From the NCBI RefSeq assembly GCF_000143415.4, contig NW_003314263.1, forward strand, positions 3,354,956-3,418,955: a stretch of 64,000 nucleotides of DNA. Direction: 5' to 3'. The position numbers were made by a program, and so were the translations under genes. Origin of the DNA: Selaginella moellendorffii (Eukaryota; Plantae; Lycopodiophyta). The notes below the pieces were generated by a model. That model made no database searches. It had not been told where the DNA came from and saw only the letters and a program-made list of their open reading frames with translations. Shown piece after piece: positions 1 through 12,133 of the stretch; position 1 is the first letter of the stretch, and each line of letters opens with the position of its first letter.

Positions 1-1
1 T

Positions 2-320
2 AATCTGATGGGGCCTTCTCCAAGGTTGACTATTGGTAACGAGTATGTCATTATTGTTTCTAATCACTTAACTCATTAAGTGGAAGTTAATGCTCTTGCT
101 AATACATCTACAACTGCTGTTAAATACTTCCTCCTTAATCGAGTGGTATTTTAGCATTTATGTCCGAAGTGAGCTCTTTCAGATAATGGTTCTATATTTA
201 TGGTTAAGGTATTTCATGTTTTAACATCTCAATTGGGAATATGCCACACTTTCACGAGTGTTTATCATTCACAATCAGATAGTTTGGTGAAATGGCTCAT
301 TCGAACCTTCAAAGGGACGA
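2..320 (+). pseudogene. Degenerate Ty3/gypsy integrase core (old host element)
   Basis: Frame from nt 2 reads LMGP..GNEYVIIVSNHLTH*VEV..RVVF*HLCPK*ALSDNGSIF..LGICHTFTSVYHSQSDSLVKWLIRTFK, matching the rve pattern (P..+.SDNG..F; H..S.YHPQSDG..ER..+T.K), with in-frame stops. Confidence 0.8.
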
Positions 321-411
321 ACTACCAATAATAATCTTGGGATTAATATTTGTGAAGCATTATTCCACTGATCCAAGTAGAGTTTATTGAACACTTAGGC
401 CACTTACAAGT

Positions 412-1558
412 TGTAGCGCACGTGGTTTTGACCCTTTATCCTATGGTGATTTACCATAGGATAACACCACGAAGCGGAACCTAAACCCTCTTTGTGCCAC
501 GTGACAGATGCCACGTGTCACATACCACGTGTCCATGCCACGTGTCCATAGGAACCCGAGGTTCAGGGCCTTGGGCCACTGAACGAAGGAACGGTGCCAA
601 ACTCCCAAGCGTGACGCCAAGGAGTGATGAAACCGGACCACGGAGCAACTCCCGAGCATATAGCCCAAGGAGCGAGGGACAGGGGCCCGGAGCAACTTGG
701 AACAGTCCTAGAGCAACCAGCATCCCAATGCCAGGACCAGCACGCAAAACGGAGCCAAACGGAGTCTGGCGCTATTTCGGCATACCGGTGGCCTAACGTG
801 AGAATATGGGTACTCCACCAGCTAGCATGGAATGGAACTTGGGCTTAGACCCAAGCCGGACGCAGAACAAGGACAGGCACACAAGCAGGAGCTAGACTAT
901 GCCTCAGGTTGGTCGGCCATGCCCGACCTACCCACTATCCCTACTATACATTTGGAACCCCCCATAGCCCCCCCCCCCCCCCCTTGAGGAACACACGCTT
1001 TGGGCTTTCACCCCAAGCCTCCCTTAGTATCAGGAGTTAGTCTCTGGGACAAACTCGAAACTTACTAAATATGGAATGTCCTTAGATTGCGAATTTGGAC
1101 ACGGGACAAACACCATTGTGTTCAGGCCGATCTCTACATTCCATAGATATGCCAAATGAGCAAATCTGGACACTTTCCATAAATAGCATCTGGGACAAAT
1201 TGAGACTAACACAAAGGGCATGATAGCGAGGGTGTTTGGCAGACACGGTAAGCTATCATCTAGCGATGTTGAGGGACCAAGCTCAATATCGCGGGGGTTC
1301 CCAACACTAGCAAGTGCAAGTCAACGAATGAGTTTCTCTAACCAGGTCAAGTATGCTTGACTAATAGCACTTAGGAATTCCGTCCTTATGCCCATCTGGT
1401 CAAGTGCACACGCAAGGACCAGTTTCTCAACTAGCTTAGGCGGAGACTAATAACGGGTCCAGCAATACCGACCTCCTGCCATCGTGACAGTAAGGTAAGA
1501 GTGTCCGTAAGGACTAGCCGACAGGTAACTTTCGATACCCAAAGTCACATGCGCGACA
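412..1558 (-). repeat. 3' LTR (1147 bp)
   Basis: TGTAGCGC...GCGCGACA; matches 6537-7677 except five substitutions and a 16 vs 10 nt poly-C tract. Confidence 0.95.
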
Positions 1559-1571
1559 CTCTCCCCCCCTT
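1559..1571 (-). other. Polypurine tract
   Basis: + strand CTCTCCCCCCCTT directly abuts the LTR, i.e. AAGGGGGGGAGAG on the minus strand. Confidence 0.85.
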
Positions 1572-4500
1572 GGGAAGATCGACATCCTCGTCGATGCATA
1601 CTCCAGTCTAGAATACCGCCAAGGAAACAACTCCATAAAAAGTTCACGGTACTCACACTATGTGAGAAATGCACCAACTTAAATGAGTTAGGGGGCAACC
1701 TCTTTGTCTAACGCAGATGCGCTACCAGCTCAGACACCTTCCGGCCGTCGCCGACAAGGAAATGACCAACGGAGTCAGCCACCCCTGCTGCTCTGGGAGT
1801 CACCCAGCTGACAAAAGTGTGATATGCCCTGCCCGCAGAGACATAGAGAGAGAAGCCAGAGGCCCCAACCCTCCTGAGCAAAGAAACCAAACCCGTCGGT
1901 AAGGTTTAGATAGACTACTGTCAACAGGCAGTTTAGAGTTGTTTACACGGTCACGCCCTTTCACGGAACAAGGAACATCGACAAAGAGGCGGGTTATGTG
2001 ACCAGTCGACAATAGCTACCCCATGACTAGAGATTTCACCATGCACACGAAGTGCCGAAGCCAGTCTGCCTATACTGGCCCAAACTCAAAGATCAATAGA
2101 TGGACAATATCAAAGTCATAGACAATGATATCTTAGAGATTTAATTATCAGTGAATAAAGCTTAGATTAGAACACAAAAGTATTCCAAGTAAGTTATCAT
2201 CCGATAAACCAGTAGTATTGTAGATAGGACCCACCAAGATCATCATAATTGGTAAACATAGGAATCACCATCTAACAAAATTGAATAGCAAGTATATCAT
2301 CAAGGAAACGCAATGATGAAACTTAACTATCGAAGATAGTAGACAGTAAGCCAACAACTTACTAGAGAGAACTCAAAGAACATAAAGTATCATTGACTAA
2401 CAAGCACAATGCTCGCGAATGTATCACCCAAAGGAAATAACATCCAAATCTATCAAAACTAACTCGAGCAACAATCAACAGAACAAAATGAATGTTGCAA
2501 AGCAAACAAACGCTTGTTCATATTAACCATTACACTAGCCAATCCGAATAGATCCCAACCAACAACACGAAGGAACTCAAGTTGCCTAAGCAAGTGTTAG
2601 CAACATCCTACGGATGTTTCAAACCCAAGAGACCAATCCAGAGCAAACCACAAAGAATATGTGGTATTGTGAAAAGCCATAAGCCATCAAAGAGAACAAC
2701 TAACTATCATGAAAGATCGTCAATCATTCCATCAATAAAGAGATGCATAATCATCGTCTAAGAAGGAATCCACCATCCCGAAGAACGGCAAACCATTCTA
2801 TACTAACAATAATCAAGCAAAACTTTTTGACATGGATAATCAACTTTCCTAGATGATAGTTAATCATCACCAATGATTGCTAGATGCAAAAGCCAACTTC
2901 AACATCGAAGCTAATGAGCCAAAATGCCTTCCCCAACAACTTCTAACAAATGGAACAATGAGCACAAAACTCAAGAACCAAAAGCTCGAAGAAGCCTATA
3001 ACTAAGTCTTGCCTAATAATGATCACGAGTCTCATAGAAGCTAACTTCAATGCTAAAGAAGAAATCATGGTGCAACCCACAATATCTTCCTCAACACATC
3101 CATAAGCCAAACTTCATAATGCCAAAGCTAATGAAGAGCATTTCTGCATCAATCCAAAAGCTAAGCATAACGAAGCTATGCTTAACAAGTGATCACCAAA
3201 CGATCCTCCATGAATCCATCTATAGCAAGACGTAACTCACTTCATAGCAAGCACAAGAAGAATCATCAATGATTGATATATTTCAACTAAAATCCCATAA
3301 GGATTCAAAATATTCCAACATCGATCACTAACTCTCCCATTTGTAGAGTTAGCATAGTCCATGACTAAATCACTTTTCAAGGAAAAGCTCAAAGCTCAAC
3401 CCCTACTAAATAATCTCGTTTAGAACACAACTAACTCAAACTTGCCACTCAGTTCATTTGAACGTCAACATAGTTGCTAACTAGCAAACGCATGAATGCC
3501 AACAACACAAAGCTAAAGCCAAATCATCAACACTTTTCATTAAAACTAATGAAACTCAATATCAATCCTAAGGAAAGACATTTCATTTCACTCAAGTCTC
3601 AATATCAACAATATCAATGACAAGGCCTCACTTCAATGCCATCAACACCAGGACAAAGCTAGAAGGAAGCAAGAGTGAATCACCACTTGGAGCTTTCCAG
3701 CAACCAAGCTAACCAAAGTCGAAGATACTATACTTAGTATCCGAGACCAATCCTTCAGCAAAACTCAGTGACAGATAACACATCATCAAGGAGTGAATCA
3801 CCACATCCAAGACTCAATGAAATCCAACACCACGGACTAAACGTAACCAAATGATATCGACAGAGATAGAATCGATATACTAACATAGGAAAGCTATGCA
3901 AGTCTAACGACACGATCCTCCGCAACACCATCCGGTAAAGCAAGCCCATCACTGCTAAATCATCATCGAGCAAAGCAAGTGTCAATTGTCCTTGATGAAG
4001 TCTACAAGTAATCACTAGTCGCAAAGCAACTAACAATCACTCCTCAACTTGCGTTCACAAGACCCAAACACCAACTCAAATCATCGAGTCACATACTCAT
4101 CCAATATGAACGTAATACCCCAAGTATGAGATAAAAGTTCATAGACAAGCACAAACTAAATGACCACTCGAATCCAACTCAACCGCAATAAGCCCACTAA
4201 TGCATTTAGTCAATAGCTCTGAGCATGCCTTGAAGAGGCTAGCTATGTGATCAACACTCAGTCGAAACTCAAGTGAAGACCATGAGATGGACTCATATCG
4301 GTACACAACCTCCTCATAGACAAAGCTATAGTACGGGTACCAACATCTCAACCTCAAACAACTAAGTTGGACATCACCATCCTCAGCCAAGGTGCAGGGC
4401 CACCAAAACCAAGTCAAGATCAGTGAGAGCTCACTACTCTCATAGAGTCTAACGTAATGCAAGGTGCAAATTGCCACCAAGCACAATGCTACAAAAGAAA

Positions 4501-6523
4501 GGCACAAGGGTCACCTTTCTCAGAAAAGCGCAACAGCCACTTTTCTACACCAACTCTAGACTCTATCCAACTCAATTGCCTTAGCCCCAAAAGTCAGCAT
4601 CCCTTTCGGGCCGCATCATACAAACTACTTACTAAGATCTAAGCCAACCGAAGTCAACTCCAACCTCTTCACTAGTTTGTACTGGCTTTCGAAAATGGAA
4701 TGGTTTTCGAGCAAAGTGATCAATAGATCAGCCATTAGAAAGTCTAAGAAAATTTGTGGAAAATTTTCCATCCTAGAGAAAGAATGACTCTCAATCCAGA
4801 ATTGCAAACTTTCAAGACTCAACCAATTTCCTCCTACCAACAACTTCACATAGGCTCACTTCAACACAAATTCTCATGATCGAACAACATGCTTAAGCAT
4901 TGAACATCTTTGCCCATTTAACCGTTATCCAACACCGATATCCGCAAAGTGCAAAATGAACATCCAAGGCTTGATCACGAAGACCACTTCTTCGGATATC
5001 CATATTGCACTAACACTCTTCTTCAATCACCTTCAAGATCCAATGTGAAGCCAAAACACTAACAAGAAAAATGACATGGAAAAATCAAGGTCCAAGGAAA
5101 ATTCCTCATCACTTGAAATAACAATGCCACTTCCACTAACACAAGTGCTAGTGATATCAATGCCCCAACTACACATCTTCTCCATCCAACAATCTACTCC
5201 AAGTGCTAACGGATCAACCGACAAGCCATAGCAAGTAAATGCTATAACCCTTTTCCAACACTAATGGACAAACTCAAGGAAACAAGGAACCAACTTAAGC
5301 TTAGCATAATGAACCACCACCGAGAATCCAGTCAAAGCTACTACAATGCTACTTCGTGCAAGTAAACTAACTTCTCCATCCACCACTTTGGGGGTTGATC
5401 ATCATTTATCCAAGCAACTTCGTAAACACATTGCTCATTATCACATGGATATGATATATAATCACAATGACTTGATCATCAATCGAGCAACACTACGAGC
5501 ATCATCCATGTCACTACTACAAAGGTTTACGTAAATATCAAGTGTCGACTCAATTCAATAAAATGTAACATAAATGCCACACTCCACTGATAGAGATTTA
5601 TAACACCAAATACCACCAACTTTTGTTCACAACACAGATAAGCTCATGCCACCCTCTTTCTGACCAAACTCAAAACTAATCCAACACCAAGCTACTCAAG
5701 GAGCAATAGCAAGGTTTCCCGGAAAAGAATTGAGCATTGCAACCCAAGTCTTCTAATAGCAAGCCTAGACAAAATGGATTAGCGCTTCACTGCTATCCAT
5801 CCCATAACTCACCATTGTAAGACCATCATTTCCAACATGCATCAAGGTAGGGACTCTTGATTGCATAATGTGAACACAAGCAATGAGTTAACACCTCATT
5901 GCAAATCATCTCTCCTAGAAGAGAAAATGATTTACGTATTTGATCCTCCGTCCCCGATAAGTCTCTTTCGGGTCTCATCTTTGACTAAACCTCAAGCTTG
6001 CTTTCGCACTGCCTTTAGTCCAGTCCAAGAAAAGCTTATGAGAGAGCACGGCAATGATTACTTGAACCAATAGACTAATCCCTACAGTCTTAATTGATCC
6101 ACTTGTAGTCTTGCCTAGGAAGGATCCACTAGTGCCGTGCTAAACAGCTACGGACCAGCCTATTTGCCACTCATAGCAAACCCAAGGAAAGTTTACTTTC
6201 ACCCACGGTACATGAAACAACTCATGGAACCAACAATAGGCTAACATTAATCCTGCCAACTCAAAGTGTAACCTAGAGTTGCTAATGTGCCTCACTCACG
6301 AGCCCAAGCGCAAACTCGTGTAACGGAACAACTCAGTCCACCTATGAGCCCAAGAGCAAGCTCACATAATATGGAACAAAAAGGTAACCAAAACCATACC
6401 CAAGGAACGATTGCGAAGTCTTTGCACCCAAACGTGTACCCACTCGGATCATCGTTTTCATCTCTGCGTATGCAACGAGACTAGTTGCCCAATCTCATTG
6501 AATAGTATTCGCTGAGACTCATT

Positions 6524-6534
6524 CTCTGATACCA
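6524..6534 (-). other. Primer binding site complementary to tRNA-iMet
   Basis: Minus strand TGGTATCAGAG, 2 nt inside the LTR boundary. Confidence 0.9.
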
Positions 6535-6536
6535 AA

Positions 6537-7677
6537 TGTAGCGCACGTGGTTTTGACCCTTTATCCTATGGTGATTTACCATAGGATAACACCACGAAGC
6601 GGAACCTAAACCCTCTTTGTGCCACGTGACAGATGCCACGTGTCACATACCACGTGTCCATGCCACGTGTCCATAGGAACCCGAGGTTCAGGGCCTTGGG
6701 CCACTGAACGAAGGAACGGTGCCAAACTCCCAAGCGTGACGCCAAGGAGTGATGAAACCGGACCACGGAGCAACTCCCGAGCATATAGCCCAAGGAGCGA
6801 GGGACAGGGGCCCGGAGCGACTTGGAACAGTCCTAGAGCAACCAGCATCCCAATGCCAGGACCAGCACGCAAAACGGAGCCAAACGGAGTCTGGCGCTAT
6901 TTCGGCATACCGGTGGCCTAACGTGAGAATATGGGTACTCCACCAGCTAGCATGGAATGGAACTTGGGCTTAGACCCAAGCCGGACGCAGAACAAGGACA
7001 GGCACGCAAGCGGGAGCTAGACTATGCCTCAGGTTGGTCGGCCATGCCCGACCTACCCACTATCCCTACTATACATTTGGAACCCCCCATAGCCCCCCCC
7101 CCTTGAGGAACACACGCTTTGGGCTTTCACCCCAAGCCTCCCTTAGTATCAGGAGTTAGTCTCTGGGACAAACTCGAAACTTACTAAATATGGAATGTCC
7201 TTAGATTGCGAATTTGGACACGGGACAAACACCATTGTGTTCAGGCCGATCTCTACATTCCATAGATATGCCAAATGAGCAAATCTGGACACTTTCCATA
7301 AATAGCATCTGGGACAAATTGAGACTAACACAAAGGGCATGATAGCGAGGGTGTTTGGCAGACACGGTAAGCTATCATCTAGCGATGTTGAGGGACCAAG
7401 CTCAATATCGCGGGGGTTCCCAACACTAGCAAGTGCAAGTCAACGAATGAGTTTCTCTAACCAGGTCAAGTATGCTTGACTAATAGCACTTAGGAATTCC
7501 GTCCTTATGCCCATCTGGTCAAGTGCACACGCGAGGACCAGTTTCTCAACTAGCTTAGGCGGAGACTAATAACGGGTCCAGCAATACCGACCTCCTGCCA
7601 TCGTGACAGTAAGGTAAGAGTGTCCGTAAGGACTAGCCGACAGGTAACTTTCGATACCCGAAGTCACATGCGCGACA
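6537..7677 (-). repeat. 5' LTR (1141 bp)
   Basis: Direct repeat of 412-1558; adjacent to the PBS. Confidence 0.95.
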
Positions 7678-7682
7678 CAAGT

Positions 7683-8230
7683 GGGATAACAATGATGCTA
7701 CAACTCTCATTATTGTTCACTTATAGAGTACAAAGTGGATGACTTGGTGTTAATCTATTTTCTTAATCTTACGGCACATGGTTTGTTTAAAGGGCTCTTT
7801 GCTCATTATAAAAGACTATATCGTGTATTGTGGCAAATTAAACCACAAGTTTATGAGGTTTGGCATAATGTCCAATAGGCTGATCCTTTAGAAACTGTAG
7901 CGCATGTGATCATGGGATGAAATTTGGATATATTGTCACCGTGAATCTTTGGAACCTTGGGAGATAAATGGGGATAAAATAGCCACTAAGGGCTCTCTCA
8001 TTAAGCAATTGCCCTTTTTTCAGTTAGTTTTTCTCCCCGGAAAGAAATAAGGTGCACTACATTAATTATACATATGCAATAGTTGAAATGCTTCATACAA
8101 AGGGATTAGGAAAAATTAATATCACTTATAGATCCACTGATGTTTGTTCCTCTAGATCTCAGCCTATCCACTAAAGAATCTTAATTATTTTCCATCATTC
8201 TAAAAGGAGGGGATGATGTGATGTCCAAGT
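7683..8230 (+). mobile_element. Continuation of the old gypsy relic, ending in a PPT and probable LTR start
   Basis: AAAAGGAGGGGATGA (8202-8216) followed by TGTGATG is a typical gypsy PPT/3'LTR junction; lies downstream of the interrupted integrase relic. Confidence 0.5.
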
Positions 8231-8999
8231 GTATGGCTATGATGCTATATATTAATATTAGTGTAGTGGGATTTTGATAGCTGTCAGATTGGTTTTAATC
8301 AGGACTAATTGCTCTTGCATATAAGTTAGAGTTTTTAGGTTAATTAATATGCATATTTCTGTATTCCATGCACTTATAAAACTTAATATATTAATAAAAT
8401 TATAATAAAAGTTAATAAAATAAAATAAAATAATTAAATTTAGAAAACATTAGCAAATTATAGTTACAAGATAATTATATTAAAAATATTTTTCTTTTAA
8501 AATAGAGGAAATTTTTTTTAGCAAAATTTATGATTCTCTAAATACTATATATCTGGTATATCTGGGAAAGCATTTGATAAGTAAGTCATTTATGAGAAGT
8601 TTATAGTAATAATGTTTAGAGTAAGTTTTTAATTTGCTTAAGCAAATAAACATGTGGATGATAATGAATATACCTAGAATATGCTTGAATATTCGAGAAT
8701 ATTCTACCATCTAACAGTTGTTATTAATCTAGATTAATCTTGTATTTATAAATTATAAACAAACTTTCCTAAACACTTCCTAGTATATTCTAGTTATTCT
8801 ACTATCTAATGGTTGATATTCAATAAATGTTTATAAATTATAAACATGTTTATAATTATATACTTCCATTTGATTAATTGGATTAATAAATCAGATTAAA
8901 CAAGCCAAGCGGTTTTAGAAAAAATTAAAATATAATTTTAACATATAAAACATTAGTAACATTTTTTAGTTACTAATTACTAAGTTCTTCCAAACCCTC

Positions 9000-9520
9000 T
9001 GTAAACTTCACTTGTATCCAGAGCTCACCCATTACCACTTGGCTCAAGGTAGATGTTCTCAATCCCGCTCCCTTGAAACACAAGCTCGAGCATGCCTAAC
9101 TCTTCCCTCTGCCAAGGCCTCCACGATCTGCCATCTTACACGTTTCTGTAAGGCAAACTATTCTAAGCACATCATCAAGAAAATCCTGCCAAACAGCTTG
9201 AACTCATGAAATCTATGCAAAATTCATTCAGCGAGGTTTGGGTATATGCTGTTTACTTTAAACTCTGCCAACTTTGTGATGGATTTTCTTAAAGAGAAGA
9301 GACAGCAACGGGTAGCATTTCGAGTCTCAGCGCGCTGAGTTTGTGTTTCACGGGAACTCGATTCTTAAACAAGACCTTGATCCCAGCAAAGCCAAGTGGA
9401 GAAGTTCTAATAGAACCTGCAGATCTTAACAGTGTCTTAAGAAGAAAATATCCAGCAAATTAAACTTGGATCTTCCATACACTGTGAATTCAGCTGAAGC
9501 TTCCATTGCTCGTTTGCCGC
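9000..9520 (+). pseudogene. Decayed copy of the WWE-PARP-like gene
   Basis: GAGTTTGTGTTTCACGGG...CTTAAACAAGACCTTGATCCCAGCAAAGCCAAG (~9337-9396) aligns with 10223-10300 (EFVFHG..ILK..LDP.KAK), with deletions. Confidence 0.7.
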
Positions 9521-9607
9521 TAAAAACTTATCTGTCTAGAGAAACAGACGCCAGTTTGTGCATTCCAGATTAAATATTACAACTAATTAGGTTTTGTCTA
9601 TCCAAAA

Positions 9608-10519
9608 ATGGCCATGCCGATGGAGCCGGGAGTTTACTGGCGAGTCAAAAACAAGGCCTGGAAGCCATACAAGCAAGACGTTGCTCTAAAGATCCTTGTC
9701 AAATATTTTGAGGTACTGTTCCTTCTTCAAAGATTGCTTTTCTTTTTCCAATTCATATTTTATAGTGGTTGAATAGCGCACTGCAATCCACAATGCCATT
9801 GGATTTGGGTGAACGAGGTTGGCACAGTATCAATTTCGGGACAATGAAGCTGAAGAGTAGACTCGGAAGATACGATAGAAGCGTCAAGATAATCCTCGCG
9901 CCCGTAGAGGACGAGCTCATCAAACTGATGGATGCCAAGTTTTTGGAGTCGACTGTCCTCCCTTATCATTCCGGGATTACTTTTTCGCAAATCCATCCAA
10001 ACAAATTATCCCCGGCTACAAAGATCTACAAGAAGTTCGTGAGAGCTCTCCAATGCTACGCCACCCTCCACGACAAGAGCATCTTGGGTACGTAAACTCT
10101 ACAAGTCTGCCAGCTTTTCACGCTCTTCCTGCCAACCTTTGTGCTAAGTTTCTTTGGTGGGTAATGCAGATGAGATGCGGCAAGCGGTGAACAAGTGCAA
10201 CATCTCAAGCCTCAAATCGTTGGAGTTTGTGTTTCATGGAAGCTGGCAGAAAAACATAAGCTCCATCCTTAAACGGGGTCTTGATCCCAAGAAAGCCAAG
10301 GACAGTGGCTTTGGACCCTTTCTGTGGGTTGGAAAGACTCCACGGGTGAGCTGGAGTTACTGTGGTTGCGACCCACGTACAATGGTGCTGTTTTTGGAGC
10401 TCAAAAATCATGGCGAGAGCGACTGGACCTGGGATGGCAGACGAAGTGTACCACTTAACAAGAGCCATGTCTTACTGCCAGTTGCAAAACTAGTTATAAA
10501 CTCGCTCTACGATAGCTGA
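9608..10519 (+). CDS. WWE domain + PARP-like ADP-ribosyltransferase domain protein (exons 9608-9712, 9766-10087, 10149-10519)
   Basis: GT-AG introns keep frame. N-term YWRVKNKAWKPY...HSINFGTMKLK...RSVKI fits WWE. C-term FVFHGS..NISSILKRGLDP...GFGPFLWVG...SWSY...MVLFLEL...VLLPVAKL fits the PARP catalytic fold. Confidence 0.75.
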
Positions 10520-10611
10520 TACTTCACCATCTTTTTTTTGTATGCCAAAAGTTGATTGACATTGTGTGTGTCCATCGTTTTTTTGTATGCCAGAAGTTGA
10601 TTAACATTGTG

Positions 10612-10615
<4 letters not shown>

Positions 10616-10651
<36 letters not shown>
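10616..10651. repeat. (GA)n microsatellite
   Basis: Uninterrupted GA run. Confidence 0.95.
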
Positions 10652-10655
<4 letters not shown>

Positions 10656-10687
10656 ACGCCCAAGAATACCAGTGAATATTCACAAAA

Positions 10688-10738
10688 CACGTGGCACTAT
10701 GCCATGCTGCCAAATGTAAGCCGTTGAAGTCCACGTGT
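10688..10738 (+). promoter_or_regulatory. Paired G-box/ABRE elements upstream of USP
   Basis: CACGTGGC (~10688) and CCACGTGT (~10731) within 80 bp of the ATG. Confidence 0.5.
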
Positions 10739-10763
10739 TTGGCTAGGGCAAAACATCTGCGCC

Positions 10764-12019
10764 ATGAGCGACGAGGAAGTGAGCGAGGCGGTGGTGATGG
10801 CGGAGGCGCCGCCGGTCAAGAAGAAGAGCGTCAAGATCGCCGCCGCTGCCATCGCCAGCGACGAGGCAGCGGATCCCAGCGGCGCCGTCAATGTGGGCGG
10901 CGATCGCAAGGCCAAGAAGGTCATCGTGGCCATCGACGAGAGCCAAGAAAGCATCCGAGCTCTCCGCTATGCTCTCGACACTGTCGTCCAGCCCGGGGAT
11001 GGGCTTGTGCTGCTACACTCGCAGTTCATGCCCCATAGCTACGTTGGTCCCGGCGGCCCAGGTACTAATCTTCTTCTCGTTCTAGCTTTTTCCATAGAGA
11101 ATGTGGGGCTTGCTCCTCTTCTTTTTCTCTTTCGAGCTATGGTTTGAGTTCTTTGCTATGGTTTCCTCCTTGCTCCTTGAGTGTGGATGTCTTTCTCGTT
11201 GGGATTAGAGCTATGGGTGTTAGATCTTTTGTCTTTGGCACCAAAGTTTGGTCCTTGTGATCTGCGCTTCACACGCATTTCCGTCAGCTCTAAAACCAGG
11301 TAAAGCTTCGTTGGTTTTTGTTAGAGGATCCAGTCTATAGAGTTTTTGTGATCTGCGCTTCACACGCATGTCCATCAGCTCTTAAACCAGGTAAAGCTTC
11401 GTTGGTTGTTGCTAGAAGATTCAGTCCATAGAGTTTTTTTTTGTGATCTGTGCTTCCATCAGCTCTAAAACCAGGTAAAGCTTCGTTGGTTTCTGCTAGA
11501 GGATTCAGTCTATGCTTTTCTACTAGCTTTCATTCCTTGAGCTTTGGCTTTGGTAGATCTTTTCTTCCTTGGCTTTTAGCTTGAAACGCAAAGACATTGG
11601 TTCTGTAGGCTTCTACATCACTCCCGACTTGGTGGCCGCCACAAGGAAGCACCAGGAGAACTCAAGCAAGGTCTTGCTCGACAAAGCCAAGAGGATTTGC
11701 GGCGATGCCAATGTGGGCTCCTCTTCTGTGTTTAAGATGGTCTTTTATGCACGTTTCTCGCAGGTCCACCACCCAGAGCTTCTGATGGCTACTGGAGATC
11801 CTCGCGACAGTATCTGCGACGCCGTGGAAAAGATCCATGCCGACTTGCTGGTGATGGGAAGCCGCGGTCACGGAGCCATCAAACGGTGAGCTCTCACTTT
11901 CTTCTCGAAGATCACTAAAGCTCTTTTACTTTCTCGACCGACACAGGACTTTTCTTGGCAGTGTGAGCGACTATTGTACTCACAACGCGAAATGCCCGGT
12001 TTTGATCGTCCGAAAGTGA
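10764..12019 (+). CDS. Universal stress protein A-like (multi-exon)
   Basis: KVIVAIDESQES..AL; GDPRDSICDAVEK..ADLLVMGSRGHGAIKR/TFLGSVSDYCTHNAKCPVLIV USP motifs across four exons. Confidence 0.93.
11257..11512 (+). repeat. Three ~90-bp tandem repeats in USP intron 1
   Basis: TGTGATCTG.GCTTC...TCAGCTCT(A/T)AAACCAGGTAAAGCTTCGTTGGTT...CAGTC repeated three times. Confidence 0.9.
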
Positions 12020-12133
12020 GCCAAAGTGGATGGCTTTGTTTTTCTTTCTTTCGTGTATATATACGGTATGGATCTGCAAGTTCTCTCGTTTCCTTATTTC
12101 TCTCAGCTGCACAAATCGGAGGCTTTACTTTTT

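Larger units (their letters stand above)
412..7677 (-). mobile_element. Full-length LTR retrotransposon with no long internal ORF (non-autonomous/LARD-like)
   Basis: Two near-identical LTRs with TG...CA ends; 5-bp target site duplication CAAGT (407-411, 7678-7682); tRNA-iMet PBS and PPT on the minus strand; longest internal ORF in the track is 122 aa. Confidence 0.95.

Noticed and set aside
441-7340. Short ORFs in and between the LTRs
   Set aside because: Duplicated with the LTR or without recognisable domains; chance ORFs.
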